A DNA stretch of 64,000 nucleotides from the NCBI GenBank assembly GCA_951406725.2, contig OX597831.1, forward strand, positions 17,980,001 to 18,044,000. The letters are read 5' to 3'. The translations under genes and the position numbers were made by a program. This stretch comes from Octopus vulgaris (Eukaryota). Of this stretch, positions 27,304 to 39,699 are shown one piece after another. Each line of letters opens with the position of its first letter. The first letter of the stretch is position 1. The notes beneath the pieces are model-generated. The model did not search any database. It was not told where the DNA came from and worked only from the letters and a program-made list of their open reading frames with translations.

Positions 27304-30075
27304 CCCAAAAAATGTTTACAGGAAGATAGGAAAAATACCAGTTACTTTAAAATCTGTACCATCAACAGAAGAAGTGCAGTGATTTGGGAATAAAATTTGG
27401 GCAGAAGAAAAAACACACAGCGAAAAGGCCCCCTGGATTGATAGAATATATAAAGAACTGTACTCCTTAGAAGAGCAAAAGTGGGAGGGTGTCAAGTTAG
27501 AAGATATATGATCTGCTCTCAGGCGGTCAAGCAAATGGATGTCTCCAGGAAAGGACAACATTCCTAACTTCTGTCTGAATGCCTTCCCAGAGAGACATGA
27601 ACTGCTAACAGAACTTTACAATGATGTTTTGCAGCACCCTAGTAGGATGCCTCCTTGGCTACTTAATGGGTTAACAATTCCTGCTTCCAAAAAGTGAAGA
27701 AACAAATGAACCAAAACACTATAGTCCCATAACCTGCTTAACAACTATGTATAAAACGCTAACATCTGTCCTGACGGAATATACTTATAGTTTTTTAACA
27801 GACAGAAGCATATTCCCTAATGAACAGAAAGGATGTAAACGTGGATCCTACGGTTGTAAAGGTCAGCTACCCATCAATAAGATGATCTTAGATAATTGTT
27901 ACAAACGACACAAAAACTTATCAATAGCCTGGATAGACTATAAAAAGGCTTTTGACAGCCTACCACATTGCTGGATTAAGAAATGCCTGGAAATGTATAA
28001 GATAGCACCTACTCTGCGAAACCTTTTGACTGTAAGTATGAGATCATGGAGAATCACATTAACTTTGAACAGTGACAATGAATCTCTAAATGCTGGTGAT
28101 GTAAATATGTCATGTGGCATTTTCAAGGGTGACTCACTATCACCACTCCTCTTCTGTTTAGCCTTAATACGTCTCAATGACGCGGGTCCGGGTATAAAAT
28201 GTTTGATAAAAATATAAATCATTTCATTCACATGGATGATTTAAAGCTTTTTTGCAAAAAATGACCAACAACTCAAGGGCTTACTAGCGATAGTCAAACA
28301 ATTCAGTGACGACATCAGAATGCAATTTGGCCTCGATAAATGTGCAAAAGCTACCTTTATCAAAGGGAAAATGACAGAAACATCTAACGTTAACTTTGAC
28401 CAGCAGAATGTCATAAAATAATTAAACCCAGCGGAAAGCTACAAGTACCTAGGAGTAATTGAAGGGGACGGAATAAGGCATTCAGTGACGAACGAAAGGA
28501 TCAGGAGAGAATGTTATCGCAGAGTAAGAGCAATACATGAACACCACCCTGTACTTAACTCCATGTCCCCCTACATGGCCTTGCTATTTGCTTTTGAGCC
28601 AAATTAACTAACTAACTAACATACTCAAGACAGAGCTAAATGCGAGAAACATGATCGAAGCGATCAATGCTTCAGCCATACCAGTCGTGACTTACAGTTT
28701 CAATATCGTTAATTGGTCAATTACTGAAACATGTCAGCTCGACAGAAAAATAAGGAAACTGTTGACAATGCATAGAATGCACCACCCTAAGGCAGATACA
28801 GAACGACTTTATCTGCCAAGAAAAGAGGGAGGCCGTGGACTTTTACAACTGGCAATAACAATGAAGATTGCTACAATTGGCCTAGACACCTACCTGAAAA
28901 ACTCTGAGCAGTGCATGTTAAAATCTTGTCTCAAAACATGAAGACAAAAAAGCATCATACGCATTAGCAAAACAAGCAAAGAGAAATCTAAGTGAATTCT
29001 GAATACAGCAAATTTCGGAATTAGAGATAGACATACAAGAAACAAGTCCAGAAAAAGCTACGCGCTAAAACTGCGGCCTTAGATATTCTGAATGATAAAT
29101 GGCAAGAAAACCCTCTGTATGGCAAATACCCAATGAGAGCGAATAATGCAGATATTGACTAAACCCTTGACCCACCAATGGCTAATGGCCTCTGGCTTAA
29201 AATCTGAAACCATGGGGTTTATCATAGCAGCTGAAGATCAATGCCTGCCAACAAGAAACTACCAGACCAACATATTAATGAACGGCAGTAGACCAACATG
29301 TCGTGTATGTCAAAAACAAAATGAAACCATTAATCATATTGTCTCCAAGTGCAGTCATCTTGCGCCTACAGAATATCTCAACAGACACGATAGAGCTGCA
29401 CAGTTTTTTCACTCGGTAATTTGCAAAAACCTTGATTTGCCCCTTGAAAAAAAAATGGTGGGAACACAAATCACCTACAGTGCTTGAAAAATGACCACAT
29501 CTCAATCTTCCGGAACCTCACCATTCAAACTGACAGAAAGATAGATGCAAATAGGCCAGATATCATATTGAAAGACTTCAGACAAAAAACATGCCTCCTC
29601 ATTGATATGATTGTCCCAATCGATATAAACGTATCTGTCAAGACCTAACAAAACCGAGCAAATATAAATATCTTGAAATAGAAATCAGCAAAATGTGGAA
29701 TCTGAAGTTTAAAACAATACCTGTTGTTATAGGTGCCCTGGGAATGATAGCGAAAGGGGCTGATTGCTAACTAATTCAGATACCAGGAAATCCCAAAATG
29801 GCAGAAATTCATAAGATAGTGCTCATGGGAACTGCTCATATCCTACGGAAAGTACTTTCAGTGTAAACTCAAGGTTTAAAATGTAAAACTTTCATTTTAT
29901 TTTTTATTTTATTTTATATATTATTTTTTTTTATTAGACATTCACTAGTACAACACCAAAAAAATATATGGCACACTAGGCATAACAATAACTGTGAACT
30001 TCCAGCCTGTTGATTCTTGGGGTGTCTGGGTGAGACTTGGAGCCAACTTGTACAATTATAAAGCAAAATTCAAAC

Positions 30076-30077
<2 letters not shown>
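27304..30077 (+). mobile_element. Second, 5'-truncated and more degenerate R4/Dong-clade LINE
   Basis: WIDYKKAFDS, HMDD, CRVC...H...C-RHD and RPDI motifs; sequence distinct from the first copy; bounded by TAA tracts. Confidence 0.93.
28537..28620 (+). mobile_element. 84-bp 3' tail of the CR1 family nested in the Dong element
   Basis: Matches the 3' end of 6929-7017 and 59611-59705, with (CTAA)n tail and atac target duplication. Confidence 0.9.
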
Positions 30078-30124
<47 letters not shown>

Positions 30125-30169
30125 TAATAATAATAAGTAATAATAATAATGATAATAATAATAATAATA

Positions 30170-30264
<95 letters not shown>

Positions 30265-30274
30265 TAAAAATAAA

Positions 30275-30339
<65 letters not shown>

Positions 30340-30393
30340 GAAGAAGAAGAAGATGAAGAAGAAGAAAGACAACAACAACAATAACAATAATAA
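30078..30393 (+). repeat. (TAA)n/(GAA)n/(CAA)n microsatellite
   Basis: Directly visible. Confidence 0.98.
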
Positions 30394-31199
30394 CATCGAA
30401 AATACATTAGGAGTGTAAACCCACGTTCAAATTTTCACCGCGACTCCTTATGACGGCTGGAGGTTATATAACAAGATTAAGACAAATATCTGTGAAATGT
30501 AAATAATGTATATGAGATCTGGCTGGAAAACAAAATTGGGTAGTAGGAGTAAATACAAGCCCTCTTTTACTTGTGTAGAGATATTATTATGGCGATTGTC
30601 GTTCCTTAATACTTTCAGTTCGTTTGTTTCGAATCTTTCACCTTTGAGTTAATTTAAATATATTCGCTTTGATGGTGTTACTAGTTTTAAAGTGCAGGTG
30701 TAGGCGAAATTGAAGATTATACTTAGGTTTCGCTCATGCCGATTACTATTCATCCTGCTTGAGCGTTTTAAACAAGGTTGATCACGAGCCGAAACCAATG
30801 TGATATCCGTTTAGCAGTTGATGATGGGGATACATATACGTTAGGCATGTTTTCTCGATCCTATATCTTCTCCACCATTACTCCTCTATATCACACCATG
30901 ATGAAACACTCACTAACCGCATGGGTGAAAGGGGCTGTGAGAACCTGTCTGCACTGAAGAAACCATGATGAAAGGCGTAATATGCGCTTGATCCACATCT
31001 GAGTCTCGCTGAAAGGGACGTATTCTGGTCTGGCATGAAGTGAAGTAGGGAACGACAGACAGGTGGGAGTAGTCGACGGTTGTGATACAGACATTCACCG
31101 ATCATCTATTCAGGAATAGGATTTCAGATTAATCATGTCTGTGTAACACTCTGATGGTCATCCCTTTTCTGTTGTTCCTCGCTTGAATATCTCAACCAA

Positions 31200-33350
31200 A
31201 CTAAATCATGAGTAATATAAATGGTTAGTCTATCCAAGGCCTAGCATCGCTCCTGTCATTGTTTCGTTTTCTATCATTCGTGTCGATCACCATGGACTGT
31301 ATGGCACCTAGCATTATTATTATGATGCTTACGGCATACGAAAACACAGACCTCTCATCGTTCTTCTCTTGGAATGCTTGTCGATATCTCTGGCTGCTGC
31401 AGTGGTAGCTCTTCATTCATTACCAACCAAACAGATGTTAGCATTCATATTTAGTAGAGAGACCGCATGATACTGAGAGTTTCGGTCAGGTGGCCATTAA
31501 ATCTGACCAATTAGCGAATATGACGGCACAATCAACCAATTAAACCGAGGTTTTTAGAATTCTGAACCAACTCTACTACCACAATTGATTCATTAGTTTA
31601 CAGAATCTTTCTGGATATTCACATTACTCTTTGCCCATAGTTATAGTGGCGCATTTGGGAAATTATGTCGGTACATGACAGCTAATTGGTAAACATATGA
31701 GTGATTTTTCAAGGGAATTTATAACCTCTTGAAGCTGGTTTAAAATGATGGAGAAGTTGAGCCAGTAAGCAGTAAGGTTTCCTAATCGACTGGTAAAAAT
31801 AAAGTAGCGCGAGATACTCAGGAAGGATACCAATCACCTGGGGAATTCCAGCTGTCTCACCTCAGGTGGACTTACATGGTATGTAAACTTCAGGCATCGA
31901 CATTCGCTCGTATTGACATTTAGTTTTATTAAATTTAATTCCACGTCTAGAAAGACCATCAGTGTTTTATGAGAGTCCGAAACGACATCGCACTTCGAAC
32001 GTGATTATGCATCCATATATGTATATAGAGACTTTAAAATAAACACATATATGTGTCCGTGTGTGTGTGTATGCGTGTATGAATAAGTGTTTGTGTGTGT
32101 TTGTGCCTGTGTGTGTCTGAAATCCTAGTGTCTCTGTTAGCAATCAGTTCCAAATGTAGCGACCAGAAGCCACTGAGCAACCCTCATTGGATTCAAGCTC
32201 GCACAAGGCCATTATTTGATAAATGCATTATAGTTGCTGAAAGATAAAGAGGAGAAAAGTAAACCAGATGCCAAAACGGAGTGTCGGAGAGAGTTTCATT
32301 CGGCATCCATTGAATTACGGTACACATTGAGGACAGCATTTATGAGCTTACAGTTTATGCTCAGACCAATTACACAATTGGATGTACGGTATTCCAGTCT
32401 CATTTATTTGAAAACTTCAAAACCTAGAAAGGGCTGACCTCAAGAAACCTTCCAATAAATTTGTCCCCCCTTTTTCCTCTAAGGATATCAGAATATATTT
32501 TTGTCCCCTTTAACAGCAAGCAATTTCGTGATAGTGTGTTTTTATTTATTGAAGCTATTTTATTTTGATAGTAGTCTGCTGTGTTTGTTTTCTTTTGGCT
32601 GAGGTTAGTGTAGTCGGAAGTGGAGGAGTTGCGAATTTTCCTGTTTTTCATATTGTACGGTGTGCTGTAGTTGAGGCTGTCATAATTGTGTTGCTCCAAA
32701 AAACTGTTAAAAGTTTTGCCCTGTTATTTTTGTTTTGTTTTGACAAGTGTGTGTGTCGTGCATGCTGCTGCTGTTTGCTCGGTAGTTGGGGTTGGAATTG
32801 GCCTTTGCCTTGCTGCTCTTTTCTCAGCTTCCTCTACTTGCTACTTTCCATTTCTACTTTGCATCACTTTCCGTTGAGATCTTTTCGGGATACGGCCTAT
32901 TTCCTCCAACATTTTGATGAGAATACAAACTGTTCCAAGTTTACTAAAAGATACGTTTCTACACTCATTTACATTATTTACATTCGACGGATATTTGTCC
33001 TCATCTTGTTTGTTGTTATCACAACGTTTCGGCTGATGTACCCTCCAGCCTGTTGTAAACCGTAGCTATTTGAGTAATTGAGAAAATCTCCACGTTCTGG
33101 TGACATGTCTTACATCTACCCATATGTCTTCTAGAGCTAGATCCAGCTAGGCCTCAGTTGCTGCTAGGGGTGCGGTTTTTACCGACATGCCCAAAATAGC
33201 CATCGTCTTCCTAGTTATAACAAAAATCTAGGATTGCGTGGCAACTTGCATTGTCCTCACCGTTGCATAAATAAATTTCTCCTACCACTAATATTGCCGT
33301 TATTTAAACCTTTGTGGCCACTGTAGTTTTCCCTGATGACAATGTTTGTG
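31200..33350 (-). mobile_element. Old L1/Tx1-like LINE remnant, paralog of 5275-6928
   Basis: Shared caggcatcgacattcgc, gtagcgaccaga and ctccacgttctggtgacatgt; endonuclease-like remnants continue leftward. Confidence 0.55.
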
Positions 33351-34039
33351 TACGTGCCCATTTATGTGTGTCCGTGTACGTAGGTGTGTGTGTATGATAC
33401 TGTGTATATATGTATGTGTAGATGCGTGAGTGTGTGTGTACAACAGAATTATTTGATTACATCATCTTAAAATTGTCCTACATTATTAAGTTGAAGTATT
33501 CAGTTTGCAGGTGGTGGAATTATAAACCTATTCCTGTATGATACGTTGTGTTAAAAATCTAACGGGGAATATTTGAGTTCTTTAACAAAAGTCATGAAAA
33601 TGATACTCAGATATTAATGTGTATTATACTTCCGGTATAATTGACAAATACTTATGAAACATATTTCGTGAGATTCCGATATCACAACAGAAAATGTGTG
33701 ACGAAGTTTTACACATTAAATATAAAAAATAATTCAGCTTAGATTTTCAAACTTATCTTTACCTAAACTCATTTGGATACCTTTATTTCAATATGTATAA
33801 AGTGTTGTTTCAGCAACTAGTAAATGCTATGGCAAAGAATAATTAATACATTCTGTCTTTGAAATGAAACTCAAACGTTAATATGTGTTAATCCGTACAT
33901 TTTGCTAAATATTCAGATATCAAACAATTTTAATGCAAATATGAAAGTATAATTTATTGAAGACATATTTCAGATATTTAGAATATCAAAAGAAATACAA
34001 CACTAAAACAGGGAATCTTCATTACGGTATTTATTTTAT

Positions 34040-34102
34040 TTAGTAGTTCTTAAGTAAAATCACCAGAAGTGCAGTACGGATTTTCGATATCGGGGATACC
34101 AT
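34040..34102 (-). CDS. Candidate terminal exon of copy 3 (phase 0: MVSPISKIRTALLVILLKNY*)
   Basis: Strong acceptor (long pyrimidine tract ending cattttacag) with AATAAA at and just after the stop. Reading frame and linkage to exon B are unproven, and no clear homolog is seen in copy 2. Confidence 0.35.
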   Translation of the reverse strand: MVSPISKIRTALLVILLKNY

Positions 34103-35206
34103 CTGTAAAATGAATAGGGAAAAGGTTATGTAGAAATGGGGGGAAAGTATTGTGGTAAGTGTTATGCAAATATTTCCTTAAAATATATTTACATTTATGA
34201 AATGCTTCGGAGCTTGCCTAACAAAACTATGCATTATTTGCCGAAGAAACAAGTGGGTAAATGAGAGAATGATGTAGCATCTGGCCAGTTAAAAGAGTTT
34301 TAGCTTGATAGAAGGCAGAGAATGCCGTACCGTAAATCAGTGCGAATTGGGTCCAATCTGTACATCCCTGATGATACCTACGTGTTATATATTGAAACAC
34401 ATCTACCGCTGGGCTACCCACTGTAAGCTTTTAATCATTGTTATAAATATTGAATCACATGAAATTACGTACCTTAGCGTGGTTTCTGGGATTTTTCTTC
34501 GTTCTGAAAGAAAATACGAATAGGACGAATGTGAAATTATTACCAATAACATTTTATTTACCTAGAGCAGATTTGTTTGGGGTTATCATAATCTCATTTG
34601 CGTTAGAAGAAATTAATAGGCTTAATGTAACGCACTTCCTGAATTAGATTTGTTTCATCCAATGGTGTGAGAATACATAAAAACTAAAAATAAATTTAGG
34701 GTTTATACATAAACGACATTGTTAGGCTTTTTGTAAACTCTACATCATGAAATTCTGCAAGATACAACAATAAGAAACATCTTTCAGAATTTTCTTTAAG
34801 ATATCAGAACTGAATATATTTTTGCGATATTAAGTTTATTCAAATCTGAAGCTGTAACATCTGAGCGAAGAAATTTGCTTTGCTGTGCTTTTGTATCTTC
34901 TATTTTGTTTCAGTCTTTAGACTCAGTCTATGACATGTCACCACATCAAGAAACGTTAGTCGAATTTATTTTGCATTTTATGCTTGGAATTTAATCAAAC
35001 ATTGCATCTTGCTGTACACCAAGTTTACGGGCCCTGAAACAAGGACACATGTCAACCGGTAATGGGGACAAAAACACATTCACACATATGTGTGTATACA
35101 TATTTATATACACACACTCGCACACACACACACACATATGTATATATGAACATATTCACAAACACACACACTATCACAAACACACACACACACACACACG
35201 TATATA

Positions 35207-36600
35207 TCGTGTTGTAAAATAATGCAATCTTCTAATTAGGGTTAAAAATACGCATACATTTAGACATGCTAGATGTAAATAGACACCTTTAATTTTCAAA
35301 ATTTCGGACCTAAGCGTCTTAATATATTTTCAACGGTGTACAATTTACAATGTGACAATTCGGTTTTCGTTCCAGGCGCCATTATATTAATCATTAGCGA
35401 AGAATTACCATGTTACGCACAAACATTCAGCAGAACTGTCAGGTTTTCAAGGAGTTCGTATTGTTCGTCATTTTGAGACTGGTCTTAGCCATTAAAAAAT
35501 TGCCGAAAATCTTCAAAATGCTCTTTCGAATGTTAATAGTGTTATAGTGCAAATCAAAAGCCAAAGAGAAGAATCAACTTATTTTCGTCCCGGTCAAATC
35601 TAGGCACTCGGAATGGATGATTCAGTGTTTGAAGACAATTGTGGCAAATGAACCCCTTTCGAAGGCTTCTGACAGTACGAAAGAGCCTAGAAGTTACTCC
35701 GAGAGCGTGTGTTACATATCTGCATAAGCTTAAGTATTATGGACGAATATCTAGAAGAAAACCTCCCCTTCAAACAATTAATATCAAGAAAGAAATGAAA
35801 TGGGCTAAGGATATGTCAGAGAAATCCAGTTAATTTTGGGTTAGACTGATTTTCTCAGATGATTCCAGATTTGAATTACTTTCAGACAGTGGACGTGTTT
35901 GGGTCTGGATGTTTTCCAATCAAGAATTCGATTTTAAACGACTCCAACTAACTGTGAAACATGACGGTAGCTCTGTAATGGTATGTGGAGCTATCACCAG
36001 CAATGGTCGTTCTGAGATGGTCGGATGTGTTGGAACTATTAACACTGAAAAACACATCGAAATATTAAGCAACGACTACTTCCGATTTATTCAAACGATT
36101 GCACAAAGGAAAATGAATTTTTATTAATGAAAGATTCGGCTCCACGAAGCAGAGCGGAAAGGAATCATCAATGGGTGACTGAAAATAGGTTCGGAAAGCT
36201 TCCTTGGCCGAGCCAATCTCCTGACATGAACCCAATTGAAAATCTCTGGAGCATACTAGATGGAGCTATACGAAAACACAAAGGAATCCTAAATCTAAAG
36301 ATGAATTGTTTCGATTGCTGCGTGAAAAGTGGATAGAAATTCCACACGAGACAAGCCCAAAGATCATCAGTTCAATGGCCAAAAGAGTTTCTGAATTAAA
36401 AACTGCAAAAAGTATGTCAACTAAATACTAAAGTATGTCGTCCTATCTATCGACTACATTGCAATTGTTCGCTTTGCGTACAAAAGTAAAGATTCTGAAA
36501 ATTAAGGATGTCGATTTGCTTCCTGCATATATACGTTTAAATATTTGTTGTGCAAGATTTTATTGGCTAAACTGGCAAAATGACCATTCCGAAATATAAC
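35207..36600 (+). mobile_element. Degenerate Tc1 transposon
   Basis: SRRKPPL, IFSDDSRF, TVKHDGSSVMVCG and WPSQSPDMNPIENLW motifs. Confidence 0.9.
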
Positions 36601-36793
36601 AATATATATATATATATATATGTATATATATGTATATATGAATTTATGTATACATATACATTTTTGTTGGAGAGAGTTCTCTACAGTGCCATGTATAAGG
36701 TGAGCTGATAGACGAATGTTTCATTTTGTTTAAGACCAGTTTCAAATTTATGCATAATCGAAGAAATATTTGGAGGAAGAATAAGATGCTTAC

Positions 36794-36881
36794 CTGGTAG
36801 CAACCGCTATGCTTCTTGAAAGCGTCATGGCATTGCCAGCTGATATCTCTAGTTAAACATGCCAACAAGTCTTTGAAACCA
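36794..36881 (-). CDS. Cys-rich protein copy 3, exon B: GFKDLLACLTRDISWQCHDAFKKHSGCYQ
   Basis: Acceptor aattttcag, donor CAG|gtaagc, 88 nt. Its phase-2 start fits exon A; homologous to 13118-13202. Confidence 0.85.
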
Positions 36882-37376
36882 CTGAAAATTTAAAGCGAAG
36901 CTTTCAAATTTCATTTACGATATGATCACTTAAGACGATTCAATAATTTATCTATAAAATCTAATGAGAACGTAAGCATTCACATCAACACTAATCTCCA
37001 TACGTCTCAAGCGGAACTAATGTTACATAGTCGTAGCTATGATCAAACATCTGAAATATGTGAATATCCTATATCGCACAAGTGAATTAATTTACCTACT
37101 GTGTACAAACAGTAAAGATAAATGCTAAAGCGAAAAGTGTAATAGCTCCTAAAAGAGTTTGATATATAAGGCAAGTAAATGTCAATTATATCTAATACGT
37201 GTGTTATTAATTTATAACGACCATCAGTTTCGGAATCATTTCCTACACATTATTACTTGCAGACAAGCATATATGGTTTATATTATATTATATTATAAAA
37301 TGTTATCATATGTCTGTGTGTGTGTGTAAATGTGCATGTGTGTGCGCACCTATACGTGTGTTATATCATTATGTGT

Positions 37377-37410
<34 letters not shown>

Positions 37411-37413
<3 letters not shown>

Positions 37414-37693
37414 GAAATAAAGAAGAAGCTGACAAAATAATTTAAGTAATTTAAGTAATTTAATTAGGTGAAGTTCTTTTTACCGGTTGCGCATTTGTTA
37501 TGCTTATCAAAAGTTTTATTTTTTAAGAGAGATACAGTTCCCTTCTGATAAATTTTTTTCCTCTTTCCTCAGAAAGGAAATCTATCTCTCTTGATAAGCA
37601 TAATAAATGCGCAACCGGTAAAAAGAACTTTCACCTAATTAAATTACTTAAATTACTTAGATTATTTCGTCAGCATTTTCTTTATTTCCTTTG
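37411..37693. repeat. Long inverted-repeat insert in a TA tract (Penelope-like-derived?)
   Basis: Arms of about 100 bp (aaaggaaataaagaa...gcttatcaa versus ttgataagc...ttctttatttccttt); absent at the homologous site of copy 2. Confidence 0.85.
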
Positions 37694-37730
37694 TTTATAT
37701 ATCACAACTCGTGTTCCACTTCTCATTTTT

Positions 37731-37801
<71 letters not shown>

Positions 37802-38149
37802 ACAGGAAATTAAGCGAATAATGAAATTAGGAACATCAAGTATATGCTATTCATTAAATACATCAACTAAAATATATGTATATATCTATATATACAACCA
37901 GAGAAAAAGCAAGAGTTGAAACTTTGAGATGATGAAAATGTTACCTGTAAATATAGAGATATTTTATTAAGTATTCCAAAGTACAGAGACTAGAAATAAC
38001 AGCGGAAATTTAAGGAATTTAAGAAAGATGTAACAAGCCAAACCTCTGGTTCTTGGTTGTTGGGAATGCACATTAAGGAGACATGTAATTCCTCTAAATA
38101 TGGTGCCGTATGAATGCAATTAACATTGCATTGAGTAGAAAAGAAACTT

Positions 38150-38358
38150 TTCTACTCAAGGCGGAAGACCTGAAAATTTTGGGAAGGGGCCATTCGATTA
38201 GCTCGACCCCAGTTCAAAACTGCCACTTATCCTAACGGGCCCGAATAGATGAAAGGCAAAGTCTACCTTGGGGAAACTAGAATTCAGAACGTAGCGACGG
38301 GCGAAATACTACTAAGACATTCGCCGACGTGCTCACTATTCTGCCAGCTTGCCTCCTG
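38150..38358 (-). mobile_element. tRNA-derived SINE, positional homolog of 14058-14640
   Basis: Same core (gatgaaaggcaaagtc...cagaacgta) between the same intron landmarks. Confidence 0.75.
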
Positions 38359-39172
38359 CGTAGAATTTCAAACAATGAATGATTGCTGTTATCTCAGGGC
38401 TTAGCGCGCGATTTTCAAGCTAATCACAGTATTTGTGAGGAGGTTTATCGACGTTGTTGTATTTGGATATTTTGATATTCAAAGCGATCTTATTCATTCT
38501 GTTAGCATTAATATTATTGCTAGCAAAAGATGCATTATTGGTGTCACTACGCATTTCATACAGCAGATCGACCTATACAATATACCATAGACTGGCCTTT
38601 TTTTTACCCGTATGATGAAACATACATAAGTAGTTCAAACATTATTGAATCACCTTAAAATTCCCATTTCGCATATTCTCTGTCCTTTAAATATCTAAAT
38701 GCATTTGATACAGAGAAATGCAGAAAGATAAGTATGTAAGTATGCATGTAAATGTGTACGTATATATGTAGGTATGTAGGTAGTTAGGTTGGTAGGTAGT
38801 TAGAAAAGCAGGTAGTTAGGTAGGTCAGTAGGTAATTAAATAATTTATGTATATATAAATATACAGATAGATATATATACATATATAAATATACAAACAG
38901 TTTGCAAGATTAGACAGACAAATAGGCAGATTGATAGATAAGTCTATCTATAAGTCTATAGATAGACTTATAAGATTATAAGTATATTGATATATAGGTT
39001 GATAGAAATATTGATCGAGAGGCGGCAAAGTAGAAAGATAGATAGATACAGACAGAGATTGAAAGATCGATGGACGTTTAATGGGTGTAGGTAGTTACAG
39101 TAATAGATATAAAGACAGAGACAGATAGGTTGATAAATATATAAATATGTTGATAGATTGATAGTGATGTAC

Positions 39173-39216
<44 letters not shown>

Positions 39217-39432
39217 ATATATGTGTATACACACACACGCATAAATTTATATATATATATATATATAGAAAGGGAGAGAGAGAGATTGATGAATAAATAG
39301 ATAAATAGATAAATAGTTGGATAGGGTATAGATATGTAGTGTAATAGAGAGATTGTTTAGATAGATTTACCGTTATATTTATCATTTTGTAATAAGTTTG
39401 TGTATGTATCTTAGAAATAATAAATATCATAC

Positions 39433-39538
39433 GCGCAACCTCTTGAGTGGGAGCCTACGGTATATCTTAATTGCTCAGGACATGCATATCTCGCAAAACG
39501 ATTGCATATTCCCCAAAAACTACATTCGGATGCTGCGT
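39433..39538 (-). CDS. Cys-rich protein copy 3, exon A: (H)AASECSFWGICNRFARYACPEQLRYTVGSHSRGC(A)
   Basis: Acceptor ttttcactttctag, donor GC|gtatga, 106 nt, phase 1 to phase 2, open frame. Same W-x2-C-x7-C...C pattern and splice flanks as three other copies. Confidence 0.85.
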
Positions 39539-39699
39539 CTAGAAAGTGAAAAAGAAATATTTCTTTTTATAGCGTATAGGCCAACATCAAAACTTTTTAG
39601 AAACCTATTAGGAAATAAAATTTACAAAATGTCATTACTTGTGAAAGGAGTGGTTGTTGGTAAGTACCTTGCTAACTTTCGTCTGAGTCAGACGTGGTT

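Noticed and set aside
31325-31360. Possible first exon MRGLCFRM with gtaagc donor for copy 2
   Set aside because: Not hydrophobic, wrong phase, and inside the L1/Tx1-like remnant.
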